A stretch of 64,000 bases of DNA, taken from positions 52,307 to 116,306 of the forward strand of contig FR902240.1 of NCBI GenBank assembly GCA_000438415.1, in the 5' to 3' direction. Positions 29,587-41,043 of the stretch are shown here, piece after piece. The notes below the pieces were generated by a model. The model did not search any database. It was not told where the DNA came from and saw only the letters and a list, made by a program, of their open reading frames with translations. The stretch comes from Clostridium sp. CAG:628 (GTDB lineage: Bacteria > Bacillota_I > Bacilli_A > RF39 > UBA660). How positions within the stretch are numbered: the first letter of the stretch is position 1; every line of letters starts with the position of its first letter. Position numbers and translations under genes: made by a program.

Positions 29587-29635
29587 TTTCCAAAACTAAG
29601 CAAAAAGATACACTTTTGGAAAAATCTTTCCAAAA
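29587..29635. promoter_or_regulatory. Inverted plus direct repeat TTTCCAAAA-N18-TTTTGGAAA-N4-TTTCCAAAA in a 415-bp non-coding gap upstream of cvpA
   Basis: Arms at 29587..29595, 29614..29622 and 29627..29635. This is a candidate operator. Confidence 0.3.
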
Positions 29636-29776
29636 CTTTACTTTGATTTTTTGTAAAAAATCATTATTGTATTGAACAACGTATTTACTTGTGGTAAACT
29701 ATGTATGAAAGTGCTAAACAAAAAAATATGAAAAAAATATTTGATTTAGTACATATTATAAAAAGGAGGAAAATTT

Positions 29777-30388
29777 ATGAATATTGTAGATGCTGTCTTA
29801 ATAATAATTATTATGATAGGTGCATTAGATGGTGTAAAGAAAGGGGCTGTAAGAAGTTTAGTAGGACTTTTTGGTAGTATAGTTGTTATCTTCTTATCAT
29901 GGATACTAAAAGGAAGTTTAGCAAATATTTTAATAGGTGCTTTACCACAACTTGGAGGAAATGCTGCTCTTAGTGTTGTAGTTTATCACATACTATCATT
30001 TATTATTCTTTTAATAGTATTTAGTTTAATCTATCAATTAATACTTAAAGTCACAGACGTTATTGAAAGATTATTAGACGCTACTGTTATATTAGGTTTT
30101 GTTTCTCGTATAGTAGGTGGATTAGTCGGAGCTATAACAACATATATAGTTTTATTCTTTATACTATTTATAATTAGTGTATTTAATATTAAATTTATAA
30201 ATGAAAGTAAAGTAAATAACTTTATGCTAGAAAAAACACCAATTGTCGCACCAGTAGTAAAAGATACATGGGAAGGTATAAAAGAAGTATATAAATCAAA
30301 TAATACCGAAGAAGCACTAAGAATACTTTTTGAAAAGAATTTAATAAATGAAAAGAATATGAATAAAATATTAAAGAAAGGTGAATAA
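29777..30388 (+). CDS. cvpA: CvpA-family membrane protein
   Basis: MNIVDAVLIIIIMIGALDGVKKGAVRSLVGL... It has 4 TM helices and the same position (after rnhC) as YshB in Bacillus. Confidence 0.7.
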   Translation: MNIVDAVLIIIIMIGALDGVKKGAVRSLVGLFGSIVVIFLSWILKGSLANILIGALPQLGGNAALSVVVYHILSFIILLIVFSLIYQLILKVTDVIERLLDATVILGFVSRIVGGLVGAITTYIVLFFILFIISVFNIKFINESKVNNFMLEKTPIVAPVVKDTWEGIKEVYKSNNTEEALRILFEKNLINEKNMNKILKKGE

Positions 30389-30390
30389 AA

Positions 30391-30690
30391 ATGATATATT
30401 ATAAAGGAGAAGATTTTGATAATTTAATTAGTAAAGGAAACTATTTAGTTGACTTCTATGCTGACTGGTGTGGACCATGCAAAATGCTTGGAAGTGTTTT
30501 AGAAACTATTAGTGACATTGAAATAATTAAAGTAAACGTTGATGAATATCCAGTACTTGCAAGTAGATTTAAAATAATGAGTATTCCTCATTTAAAGTTC
30601 TTTAATGATGGAAAAGAAATTGACCATATAGTAGGTTTTGTTGATAAAGAAACAATAGAAGAAAAAGTTATGGAATTAAATAATTTATAG
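30391..30690 (+). CDS. trxA: Thioredoxin
   Basis: WCGPC active site (DFYADWCGPCKML). 99 aa. Confidence 0.85.
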   Translation: MIYYKGEDFDNLISKGNYLVDFYADWCGPCKMLGSVLETISDIEIIKVNVDEYPVLASRFKIMSIPHLKFFNDGKEIDHIVGFVDKETIEEKVMELNNL

Positions 30691-30836
30691 TTATTATATG
30701 TTAGAAATTAAAAAATACTAAAAGATGTATTTCTAAAATGTATTTATTAATAGTAATAATGAATTAGTATTAATAAAAAATTGACAAAATGTACAAAATA
30801 AGGTATAATACACCTCATTAAATGGGGTGCTTTTTA

Positions 30837-31349
30837 ATGAAAGAATATTTAAATGTTAATAAAAGTAAATTTGGGGAAAATATGATAAAACATTATGAAA
30901 TGAAAAATGTTTTACAAATGTTTGATGCATATAATAAGAATGATTTAAAAATTAAAACAATTATATTGACTGATGATGCAATATTAGAAATGAATAACTT
31001 GATTAAAGAAGAAAAAGAAATAATATTAGATAAAAGTGTTTTTAAAATAGATAAAGTTATTAGAAAAAATATAAACCCATTAACTAGTAATTATATAATA
31101 ATGTTAAAATTAGTAAACTTAGATATTGTAACTACTAAAGATATCAGTTCTTATTTTATTATAAAAGAAGTAGATATTTATCTAAAAGAATTTACTAAAA
31201 AAAATATTAATATTACTTTAAAAATTGTAAGAGATTTATTAAAGAGTAATTTAAATGAAATTAAAAGAGTATTTGATATTACTAAAGTAAAAGATTATGA
31301 TATTACAAGTGTTAATGAGTATACTTATAAATTAACAAAGATTAAATAA
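30837..31349 (+). CDS. Hypothetical protein (about 170 aa)
   Basis: Downstream of TTGACA-17-TATAAT with the 20-mer variant. GGGGTG RBS lies 7 nt before ATG 30837. Confidence 0.4.
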   Translation: MKEYLNVNKSKFGENMIKHYEMKNVLQMFDAYNKNDLKIKTIILTDDAILEMNNLIKEEKEIILDKSVFKIDKVIRKNINPLTSNYIIMLKLVNLDIVTTKDISSYFIIKEVDIYLKEFTKKNINITLKIVRDLLKSNLNEIKRVFDITKVKDYDITSVNEYTYKLTKIK

Positions 31350-31377
31350 TGTGGTATAATTTTATGGGAGAAGAAAT

Positions 31378-32436
31378 ATGAAAGAAGATATATATGATAT
31401 TAATTATTATGATTATGACTTACCAGAAGAGTTAATCGCTCAGACACCACTTAAAGATAGAAGTAGTTCTAAGTTACTAGTGCTTGATAAAAATACTGGT
31501 GAAATAAAAGAAGAAGTATTTAAAAATATTGTTAATTATTTAAAACCTGGGGATGTTTTAGTTTTAAATGATACTAAAGTTATACCAGCAAGACTTATTG
31601 GAGTAAAAGAAAATACAGGTGCAGTTATAGAACTTTTACTTTTAAAGAATATTCTAGAAGATGAGTGGGAAGTTTTATCTCGTCCTCAAAAGAGGTTACA
31701 TGTAGGTGACATAGTTTCTTTCGGAGAAGGAAAGTTAAAAGCAGTTGTTACTGAAAAACTAAGTGACGGGATTACTCATGTTAAGTTAGAATATAATGGA
31801 ATATTATATGAAATACTTGACACACTTGGAACAATGCCACTTCCACCATACATTCATGAAAAGTTGACTGATCAAAATAGATACCAAACAGTGTATGCAA
31901 AAAACATAGGTAGTGCTGCTGCGCCTACTGCAGGACTTCATTTCACAAAAGAGTTACTTGAAAAAATTAAAAGTATTGGAGTAGATATAGAATACGTTAC
32001 ACTTCATGTTGGGCTTGGAACATTTAGACCAGTTACTGAAAGTAATGTACTTAACCATGAAATGCATAGTGAGTTTTATATGATAAGTAAAAGTGTTGCT
32101 GATAAACTAAACCTTGCTAAGAAAGAAAAAAGACGCATTATTGCAGTGGGTACAACTAGTACAAGAACACTTGAAAGCAATATTACTAAATATGGTGAGT
32201 TTAAAGAGTGTGCTGAAAACACTAGTATATTCATATATCCAGGTTACGAATTTAAGGGAATAGATGCACTTATAACAAATTTCCATTTACCAAAAAGTAC
32301 TTTAGTAATGTTAGTAAGTGCTTTAGCTGGAAGAGACAACATAATAAACGCTTACAAGTATGCAGTAGATAATAAATATAGATTTTTCTCATTTGGAGAT
32401 GCTATGTTTATAACAAATGATATTAATTCTAAATAA
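31378..32436 (+). CDS. queA: S-adenosylmethionine:tRNA ribosyltransferase-isomerase
   Basis: [26 protein letters not shown]...[14 protein letters not shown]. Confidence 0.9.
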   Translation: MKEDIYDINYYDYDLPEELIAQTPLKDRSSSKLLVLDKNTGEIKEEVFKNIVNYLKPGDVLVLNDTKVIPARLIGVKENTGAVIELLLLKNILEDEWEVLSRPQKRLHVGDIVSFGEGKLKAVVTEKLSDGITHVKLEYNGILYEILDTLGTMPLPPYIHEKLTDQNRYQTVYAKNIGSAAAPTAGLHFTKELLEKIKSIGVDIEYVTLHVGLGTFRPVTESNVLNHEMHSEFYMISKSVADKLNLAKKEKRRIIAVGTTSTRTLESNITKYGEFKECAENTSIFIYPGYEFKGIDALITNFHLPKSTLVMLVSALAGRDNIINAYKYAVDNKYRFFSFGDAMFITNDINSK

Positions 32437-32602
32437 TTCAGTAGTTGCAAAATTTGCAACTACTGAATTTATTTTTTAAAAACGAAACAAATAATTGATA
32501 AACAAAACTATCTATGCTAAAATGTAAACATACACATAATAAATAAACACTTTTGTGTAAAAGTTTAAAATTATAATAATTTTATGATAGGAGGTTTTGC
32601 AA

Positions 32603-33550
32603 ATGAAAAATGAAATTATATTATTTGAAAATCAGGATGTCAAACTAGAAGTAAATATGAAAGATGAGACTGTGTGGTTGTCACTAGATCAAATGGCTAA
32701 ATTATTTGATAGAGATAAATCGGTTATATCTAGGCACATCAAAAATGCTTTGGAAGAAGAAGCAGATAATTCAACTGTTGCAAAATTTGCAACAGTTCAA
32801 AATGAAGGAAATAGAAGCGTAACACGTAATGTCGAATATTATAACTTAGATGTTATAATCAGTGTTGGATATCGTGTTAAAAGTCAAAATGGTATTATAT
32901 TTAGAAAATGGGCTAATAAAGTATTAAAAGAATATTTATTAAAAGGTTATTCCATTAATCAAAAAAGACTAGAATATCTTGAAAAAACAATTAAATTAAT
33001 TGATATTGCAGGCAGAATTGAAGAAAATATTAGTGGTAATGATGCTAAAGAAATTATAAAAGTAATAAACACATATGCCAATGCACTTACTTTACTAGAC
33101 GATTATGACCATAGAACTGTTGTTAAACCAAATGGAATTAAAGACAATAAACAAATTACTTACAAAGAATGCATGGAAATTATTAGTAAATTAAAATTTA
33201 ATAGTGAAAGTGATATTTTCGCACTTGAAAGAAACCACGGTTTAAAATCTATAATAAATAATATATACTTGTCATTTGATGGCAAAGATGTTTACACAAC
33301 CATAGAAGAAAAAGCAGCAAATTTCTTATATTTAATAATTAAAAATCATACTTTTATAGATGGAAACAAAAGGATAGCCGCAACTTTATTTATATACTTT
33401 CTTAAATATTATGATATATTAATACGTGATGGCAAACAAGTAATAGATAATAATACTTTAGTTGCTATGACTTTGTTAATAGCGCAGTCTAATCCAAAAG
33501 AAAAAGAAATACTTGTAGATTTAGTAATGAATTTTTTAAAAGAAAACTAG
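32603..33550 (+). CDS. RhuM-family N-domain fused to a Doc (death-on-curing)/Fic-like C-terminal domain
   Basis: N-terminus DETVWLSLDQMAKLF...ISRHIKN...YNLDVIISVGYRVKSQNG...WANKVLKEYL is RhuM-like. The C-terminus has HTFIDGNKRIAA, the Doc/Fic HxFx(D/N)GNKR motif. AGGAGG RBS lies 8 nt upstream. Confidence 0.65.
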   Translation: MKNEIILFENQDVKLEVNMKDETVWLSLDQMAKLFDRDKSVISRHIKNALEEEADNSTVAKFATVQNEGNRSVTRNVEYYNLDVIISVGYRVKSQNGIIFRKWANKVLKEYLLKGYSINQKRLEYLEKTIKLIDIAGRIEENISGNDAKEIIKVINTYANALTLLDDYDHRTVVKPNGIKDNKQITYKECMEIISKLKFNSESDIFALERNHGLKSIINNIYLSFDGKDVYTTIEEKAANFLYLIIKNHTFIDGNKRIAATLFIYFLKYYDILIRDGKQVIDNNTLVAMTLLIAQSNPKEKEILVDLVMNFLKEN

Positions 33551-33590
33551 TATGTTCAAATCTAATAAAGAACATACTTTTTAATTGTAA

Positions 33591-34757
<1,167 letters not shown>

Positions 34758-34765
34758 GTGAATAT

Positions 34766-35062
34766 ATGAGTAAGAATAAATGTGGGTTAATACTTACTAT
34801 AACAGGTATATTAGTAATAATAATTACATCAGTTACTATAAGTATAAAAGAATATAATAAAAATAAAAAAGAAGACATAATAAAATCAAATTTACTAAGT
34901 TACTCTAAAAAATGTGTTTTAGATAAAAAATGCAGTGATACAGTAACAGTAAAAGAACTAATAGAAAAAGATTACATTAATGAAGAAACAATTAATTTAC
35001 TAAGTGATTATAGTACTAATAGTTATGTAATATATAGTTTAAGAGAAGTGTATTTAAAGTAA
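34766..35062 (+). CDS. Hypothetical small membrane-anchored protein
   Basis: One N-terminal TM helix. It is not YajC-like, although yajC normally follows tgt. Confidence 0.35.
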   Translation: MSKNKCGLILTITGILVIIITSVTISIKEYNKNKKEDIIKSNLLSYSKKCVLDKKCSDTVTVKELIEKDYINEETINLLSDYSTNSYVIYSLREVYLK

Positions 35063-35125
35063 TACACCTTTTTTCTTGACTAAAAAAATATTATATTCTA
35101 TAATAAACAACATTCAGGAGGTTTT

Positions 35126-37249
35126 ATGAGTATATTTAGTAAATTATTTAAAAAGAAAACAAACACTAATTTTAACCTAATTAACTTAAATGATATAATT
35201 ATCTTTCCTAAGAAAGAATTTTATAAAGAAAACAAAGAAAAATATAAAGAATATATGAATACTTATAACCTAATACTATCAAGTAAAAAATATATAACAA
35301 GTTTAGATTTAGAAATAAATAATATTGATATAAATTTTTATACAAATATCATTACTAAAACAACTTTAGAATTAGATAACATGTTAGATTTAGTAAACAA
35401 TAGCATTGAAAGAAGTGAAGAACTAGCAACAATATTAATATCAAAACTAAAATACTACCATAATGAATTAAATACATATAAAAATATATTATTTATAGAA
35501 CTAAAAGCATTAAAAGACATATTAAAATCAAAACCATTTCTATCAAAAAATAAAAAAGATACTATAAAAAATAGTATTAATTTAATAATGAATAAACTAA
35601 TTATAATAGAAACAAATATAAATGCAATAAATTGTGAAGTCTCTTCATATTTGAGTCTTATTAGTATAAGTAATTTACCTAGTAAAAATGAAGTAATAAT
35701 GACCAGATTTAATAAATACACAAAATACATGAGTGTATTTAATTTACCATATGAAGAACAAATATGCATTGATAACATTGTATATATGGAAGTACTTTTA
35801 GAAAAACATATACATAATTTAGAAATAAATATAAGTAACATCAATAGTACTGATATAAATTTGTTAAATGAATTAATACTTAAACTAACATGTCTAATAA
35901 AATTTAAACACACTACTTTAGATAATGCCAAGTTAGAAAAAGTTGTTAATTTAAAATGGAATATAATTAAAGAAAATTATAAAAATAATATATATAATTA
36001 CACTTTTGCTACTGATAACAAATTAGAAAAAGATATACTTAAACATCTTCTAGAACAAGAAATCAATAATGCTTTTAATCCAAAAACATATTTAGTAGAG
36101 GATGAAAAATACAAAAAAACTTTTCTTACATTATTAAGTAAAGTATTAAAATATAATGGTTTTTATGACATAGATAAATTACTATATGATGAATTAAAAC
36201 TAACTATATTATTTAATAGAAATAATATTCACAAAATAGAAAGTACTCTAAAAAAATTTAAAGAAGACTTAAGAACTTTTAAATTATTTGATGGAAAAAC
36301 ATATCCAGTTCCCACTCCTTGGGATAGAGAACTAGAGTCCTTTGATATAAGTATATATAGTTTATTTACATTAATTAAATATTCTAAAATAGATAAAACT
36401 AGTTACTATAACTTAAGAAATAGATTAGACTATTCTATTGTTAAAATCATTTTTTCTTCAAATAAAACACCTTCAAATTATGAAGAATATAAGTCAGTTT
36501 ACAATAAATCTATAGAAGACTTTCCATATAAAGACTTATATAACTTATTCTTGTACATTGATGAAAAAAATAATAATCAAACATTTACACCAATAAATGA
36601 AATAAAAATATTTGATACATCTTGGAAGTTAAAAACTCAGTTAGAATTAATAATTATAAATAATATATGTAAAGATTTAAGAAAGAAAAAGGCTTTTATA
36701 GCTAACAAAAGTCTTGAAAAAATAAATATAGAATATAATCTTTTCACAAATGAATTATCAAACGATACTGGTGAATTATCTTTTTATTTAAATAGTAGTG
36801 ATAAACTTAAAACAGTATATATAGAGTTAGGTAATAGAATGTATAATAAAAAAATTGATCGCATTATAATTAGCCCAAATATACAAACCTTGAGTATTTT
36901 AAGCCCATGCTCTAGTATTGAATTTACTGATTACAGAAATAGTTACATTTTAAATGATGATAAGACCTTAGAAAATTTTATATCAACTTATCTAATACAA
37001 AATTATTCTTTCTTAATCAAAAAAAACTTAGTAGAAACATACATAGTATTATCATCAAATGATAACAAACAATATAGTGTTCAAATTAATTTAAATAAAC
37101 TAATAAAAAAATATAAACGCATTTCTTCTGAAAAGTACACAAGCAAAATAACTTGTTCTAAATACATAACTTTAGAACTAAAAAAACTTATGAAGAAAAG
37201 TATGTATAAAGAAGGTCTAACTCTGTCTAAACCATCCCACCTTTCCTAG
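35126..37249 (+). CDS. Large hypothetical protein (707 aa), Asn/Lys/Ile-rich, no recognisable domain
   Basis: Long uninterrupted ORF with a GGAGG RBS. No TM helices or catalytic motifs were seen. Confidence 0.45.
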   Translation: MSIFSKLFKKKTNTNFNLINLNDIIIFPKKEFYKENKEKYKEYMNTYNLILSSKKYITSLDLEINNIDINFYTNIITKTTLELDNMLDLVNNSIERSEELATILISKLKYYHNELNTYKNILFIELKALKDILKSKPFLSKNKKDTIKNSINLIMNKLIIIETNINAINCEVSSYLSLISISNLPSKNEVIMTRFNKYTKYMSVFNLPYEEQICIDNIVYMEVLLEKHIHNLEINISNINSTDINLLNELILKLTCLIKFKHTTLDNAKLEKVVNLKWNIIKENYKNNIYNYTFATDNKLEKDILKHLLEQEINNAFNPKTYLVEDEKYKKTFLTLLSKVLKYNGFYDIDKLLYDELKLTILFNRNNIHKIESTLKKFKEDLRTFKLFDGKTYPVPTPWDRELESFDISIYSLFTLIKYSKIDKTSYYNLRNRLDYSIVKIIFSSNKTPSNYEEYKSVYNKSIEDFPYKDLYNLFLYIDEKNNNQTFTPINEIKIFDTSWKLKTQLELIIINNICKDLRKKKAFIANKSLEKINIEYNLFTNELSNDTGELSFYLNSSDKLKTVYIELGNRMYNKKIDRIIISPNIQTLSILSPCSSIEFTDYRNSYILNDDKTLENFISTYLIQNYSFLIKKNLVETYIVLSSNDNKQYSVQINLNKLIKKYKRISSEKYTSKITCSKYITLELKKLMKKSMYKEGLTLSKPSHLS

Positions 37250-37598
37250 TATTAATTCCAAACATTCCTCCAATCGTACTTGAAAGTATTAATATACCAT
37301 AATATAGAATTGATTTTAAACTAGGAACACTTCTTAATATAATACCCAAAAATAAAAGTACTAATATATTTATAACTCCAATAGTAATTCCACTCAAGTA
37401 ACCTCTTTTACTACTATTTTTTCCAGCCCTAAGACCACTTATAAAAAATAATAAACAAATAACTATAAAACTAATAATAGATACTATTTTATATGGTAGT
37501 ACATTTAAACTAGCAAGAATAGAAACTAAAACTAAATAAACTAATAAACTAATCAAAAAATAACCAATATTTAAAAAATAATTATTATATTTTTTCAT
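37227..37598 (-). CDS. Hypothetical small membrane protein (3-4 TM helices)
   Basis: Hydrophobic throughout; convergent with the preceding gene. Confidence 0.4.
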   Translation of the reverse strand: MKKYNNYFLNIGYFLISLLVYLVLVSILASLNVLPYKIVSIISFIVICLLFFISGLRAGKNSSKRGYLSGITIGVINILVLLFLGIILRSVPSLKSILYYGILILSSTIGGMFGINTRKGGMV

Positions 37599-37670
37599 AA
37601 ATCCTCCTATAAAAGTATATTAATTGATTAAAAAAATATTCTTTAGAACATAATAAATATAGGTGATATT

Positions 37671-38312
37671 ATGGACATACTAGTAGTTTTATTTAGAACA
37701 CTATTTTTCTACGTGTTTATATTAATAATTTATAGACTAATGGGTAAAAGAGAAGTAGGACAACTTTCTATTCAAGACTTAGTAGTAAGTATTTTAATTG
37801 CAGAAATGGTAGCAATAAGTATTGAAAACAAACATGACTCCATGTGGCTTACAATACTTCCAATAATTGTACTTGTTATATTAGAAATAGTGGCTAACTT
37901 TATTAGTTTAAAATTTAACTTTATAAGAAACATAATTGAAGGTAAACCTGCTTTAATAATAAATAAAGGTATAATTAATTTTAAAGAAATGATTAAACAA
38001 AGATATACTTTAGATGACTTACTTATGGAACTAAGAAGTAAAGATATAAAAAATTTAGCTGATGTAGAATATGCTGTACTTGAAAATAATGGAAAATTAA
38101 GTGTATTTAAATATAACTTTTTAAAGATTAAAAGCGAGAATCCTTTTCCATTAATATTAGATGGTAAAATACAAACTAGTGCTTTAAAATATATTAACAA
38201 AGATAAGACTTGGCTTTTAAATTTAATAGGTAATAAAGATGTAAGCGAAATATTTTATTGTTTCTATAAAAACAACAAGGCATATATAATAGATAAAAAA
38301 GATGTTAAATAG
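37671..38312 (+). CDS. DUF421 (YetF/YdfS-like) membrane protein
   Basis: YRLMGKREVGQLSIQDLVVSILIAEM and the C-terminal VEYAVLENNGKLSVF closely parallel B. subtilis YetF (VEYAILETNGMVSVL). Confidence 0.65.
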   Translation: MDILVVLFRTLFFYVFILIIYRLMGKREVGQLSIQDLVVSILIAEMVAISIENKHDSMWLTILPIIVLVILEIVANFISLKFNFIRNIIEGKPALIINKGIINFKEMIKQRYTLDDLLMELRSKDIKNLADVEYAVLENNGKLSVFKYNFLKIKSENPFPLILDGKIQTSALKYINKDKTWLLNLIGNKDVSEIFYCFYKNNKAYIIDKKDVK

Positions 38313-38471
38313 TACTTGAAAAGAGTACTATTTTTTTGTATAATTAATTTAGTTAAGGTAGAAGGAGGATATGTTATATGACTAATAAAATTAATAATAT
38401 AATAAATTATATGTCTTTACCTTTAGTGCAAAGTAAAGTACTAAAGGGGGGGGTATTATCTTCTAACTAAC
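38311..38471 (+). repeat. Degenerate copy 1 of a ~160-bp repeat (terminator-like hairpin, extended -10, strong SD, start of a small ORF), about 80% identical to 53598..53761
   Basis: Shared blocks are AGTACTTGAA..AGAGTACT, AGTTAAGGTAGAAGGAGGATATGT.ATATGACTAATAA ... and the identical 20-mer GTATTATCTTCTAACTAACT. The copy-1 small ORF is broken by a TAA after 8 codons. Confidence 0.6.
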
Positions 38472-39313
<842 letters not shown>

Positions 39314-39379
39314 AACTAATTTTAATTTGATTTTTAATCACATTATCTTGTTTTGAGAGAACAATTATGGTATAATTAT

Positions 39380-39487
39380 TTTGTAGGTGACGATAGCAAA
39401 GTGGACACACCTGTTCCCATCTCGAACACAGAAGTTAAGCACTTTAACGGCGAAGATAGTGTAAGCGAAAATAGCAAGTTGCCTACT
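39380..39487 (+). rRNA. rrf: 5S rRNA (rather short, with a reduced helix IV/V region)
   Basis: TTTGTAGGTGACGATAGCAAAGTGGACACACCTGTTCCCATCTCGAACACAGAAGTTAAGC... aligns with the Firmicute 5S 5' two-thirds. The terminal helix pairs GTAGG with CCTAC. Confidence 0.75.
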
Positions 39488-39556
39488 TTTTTTTGTACAA
39501 AAAATTCAATAAACTATTGATTTTTATATAAAGATAATGTATAATACATCTTACAT

Positions 39557-39633
39557 GGCGTTATTGGTGAAGTGGTTAACACGCCAGATTGTGGCTCTGG
39601 TATGCGTGGGTTCGATTCCCACATAGCGCCCCA
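39557..39633 (+). tRNA. tRNA-His (GTG anticodon) with encoded G-1 and CCA
   Basis: Cloverleaf: acceptor GCGTTAT/ATAGCGC plus an extra 5' G pairing with discriminator C73; anticodon stem CCAGA/TCTGG; loop TTGTGGC; T-arm GTGGG-TTCGATT-CCCAC; CCA encoded. Confidence 0.9.
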
Positions 39634-39715
39634 TGTTGAAATTAGAGTGCCTAATATAGGTGCTTTTTTTATTTATATTAATTAAAAAATATGCTATTAT
39701 TTAATCGGTAATAAT

Positions 39716-40621
39716 ATGAAAAAGAAAATTATAATTTCTTTAATATCTTTGATTGGCATAATATGTATAATATTTATTGTAGATTTAGTAAATATTAAAT
39801 TAAATGATAAACCTATTATTATTTTAAAAACTAAAGAAGGTAGTGATCAAATATATTATGGGTTATTCTATGATACATATAATTGCTTACTAAATAAAGG
39901 TGCAGTAATAAAATCAAAGAATTCTAAATATACTTGTCCAAAAGAAGAAATTAACGTATACACAATAGAAAATCAAACTAAATTAACAAATAATTTTAGT
40001 TGTGATGAAGCATTAGAAGAAATATATAAAACAGAAGAATATTCTTATAATCTTACATGCATTAAAAGTAAATATATTAACGTAATATATACAGATGGAA
40101 GTAAACAAAATATTAAAGAAGCATTAAAAAATAATAAAATATCTATTAATGATTTAAATAAATACAAAATTGAATACGTTAAAGTACCACTAAAAGAAGA
40201 TATTGAACCAATTGATCCAACAGAAGTAAAAGAAACTCCAAATATAGATAATAAACCAAGTTATAATACTGGAAATACTACTACTTCATCAACACAAAAT
40301 ACAAAAGATACAATAATAATAAGTCCAGAAATAAAAAAAGAATCAGTTAAAGAAAAACCATCACAAGATTATACAGTTTCAAACAAAACTATAGAAATAA
40401 TAGACAAAACAAAAGGAAAGTATTGTGCAGAAGCAATAGATTATTTCTATAAAAATTATTATTTTAGTTGTAAAAAAAGTAACTATGTATATGTTAAAAT
40501 AAATAATCAAGAATATTTACTAAAAGATGCATTAAGAGATAAAATTGTAACTATGGAAGAACTTGAAAGTGCTGGTTATAGATTTTTAAAAAACAAAAAA
40601 ATGGAATATGCAGATAGATAA
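39716..40621 (+). CDS. Hypothetical membrane-anchored or secreted protein (301 aa)
   Basis: N-terminal TM/signal segment with a Cys-containing extracytoplasmic domain; no family recognised. Confidence 0.4.
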   Translation: MKKKIIISLISLIGIICIIFIVDLVNIKLNDKPIIILKTKEGSDQIYYGLFYDTYNCLLNKGAVIKSKNSKYTCPKEEINVYTIENQTKLTNNFSCDEALEEIYKTEEYSYNLTCIKSKYINVIYTDGSKQNIKEALKNNKISINDLNKYKIEYVKVPLKEDIEPIDPTEVKETPNIDNKPSYNTGNTTTSSTQNTKDTIIISPEIKKESVKEKPSQDYTVSNKTIEIIDKTKGKYCAEAIDYFYKNYYFSCKKSNYVYVKINNQEYLLKDALRDKIVTMEELESAGYRFLKNKKMEYADR

Positions 40622-40722
40622 TTAAAAATAAAATTGAAGAGAAAATTATAACTCTTCTTTTTTAGTGCATGAACCCCTTCAATAAAAAAAAACTAACATA
40701 TAATATATTGGAGGTAATAAAA

Positions 40723-41043
40723 ATGATAGATTTAACATTACTAAAAAATATACTTATTGTTTCAGTAGCTTCTTCAATAATATCTACAGCATTAACACAG
40801 CGATTAAAAGAAGGAACTAAATGTAAAAATCACATTTGCTTAAAATGCCTAATAATATCTATGGTTATAGGAGTATTATTTAGTTTAACGTTTACTAACC
40901 TAAGTATAATTGAAACATTATGGGTAGGATTAATAAGTTTTATAGGTGCAGATGCAATATATAAAACTTTTGAAGACAAAATATTTGATTCATTAAGCAA
41001 AATAGATACCATAGAAGAAATAGAAAGGACTGATAAATCATGA
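40723..41043 (+). CDS. Holin-like small membrane protein (3 TM helices, charged C-terminus)
   Basis: About 106 aa. GGAGGTAATAAAA RBS precedes MIDLTLLKN. The stop overlaps the start of the M23 peptidase (ATGA). Confidence 0.4.
   Translation: MIDLTLLKNILIVSVASSIISTALTQRLKEGTKCKNHICLKCLIISMVIGVLFSLTFTNLSIIETLWVGLISFIGADAIYKTFEDKIFDSLSKIDTIEEIERTDKS

Noticed and set aside
29361-29776. Possible zapA or other small gene in the rnhC-cvpA gap
   Set aside because: Only very short or out-of-context ORFs without RBS are present, and no ZapA-like sequence is recognisable by eye. It is kept as a regulatory-region finding instead.
35455-35931. 158-aa minus-strand ORF inside the 707-aa gene
   Set aside because: It is antisense and has a low-complexity hydrophobic translation. 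The sense ORF is far longer and has an RBS.
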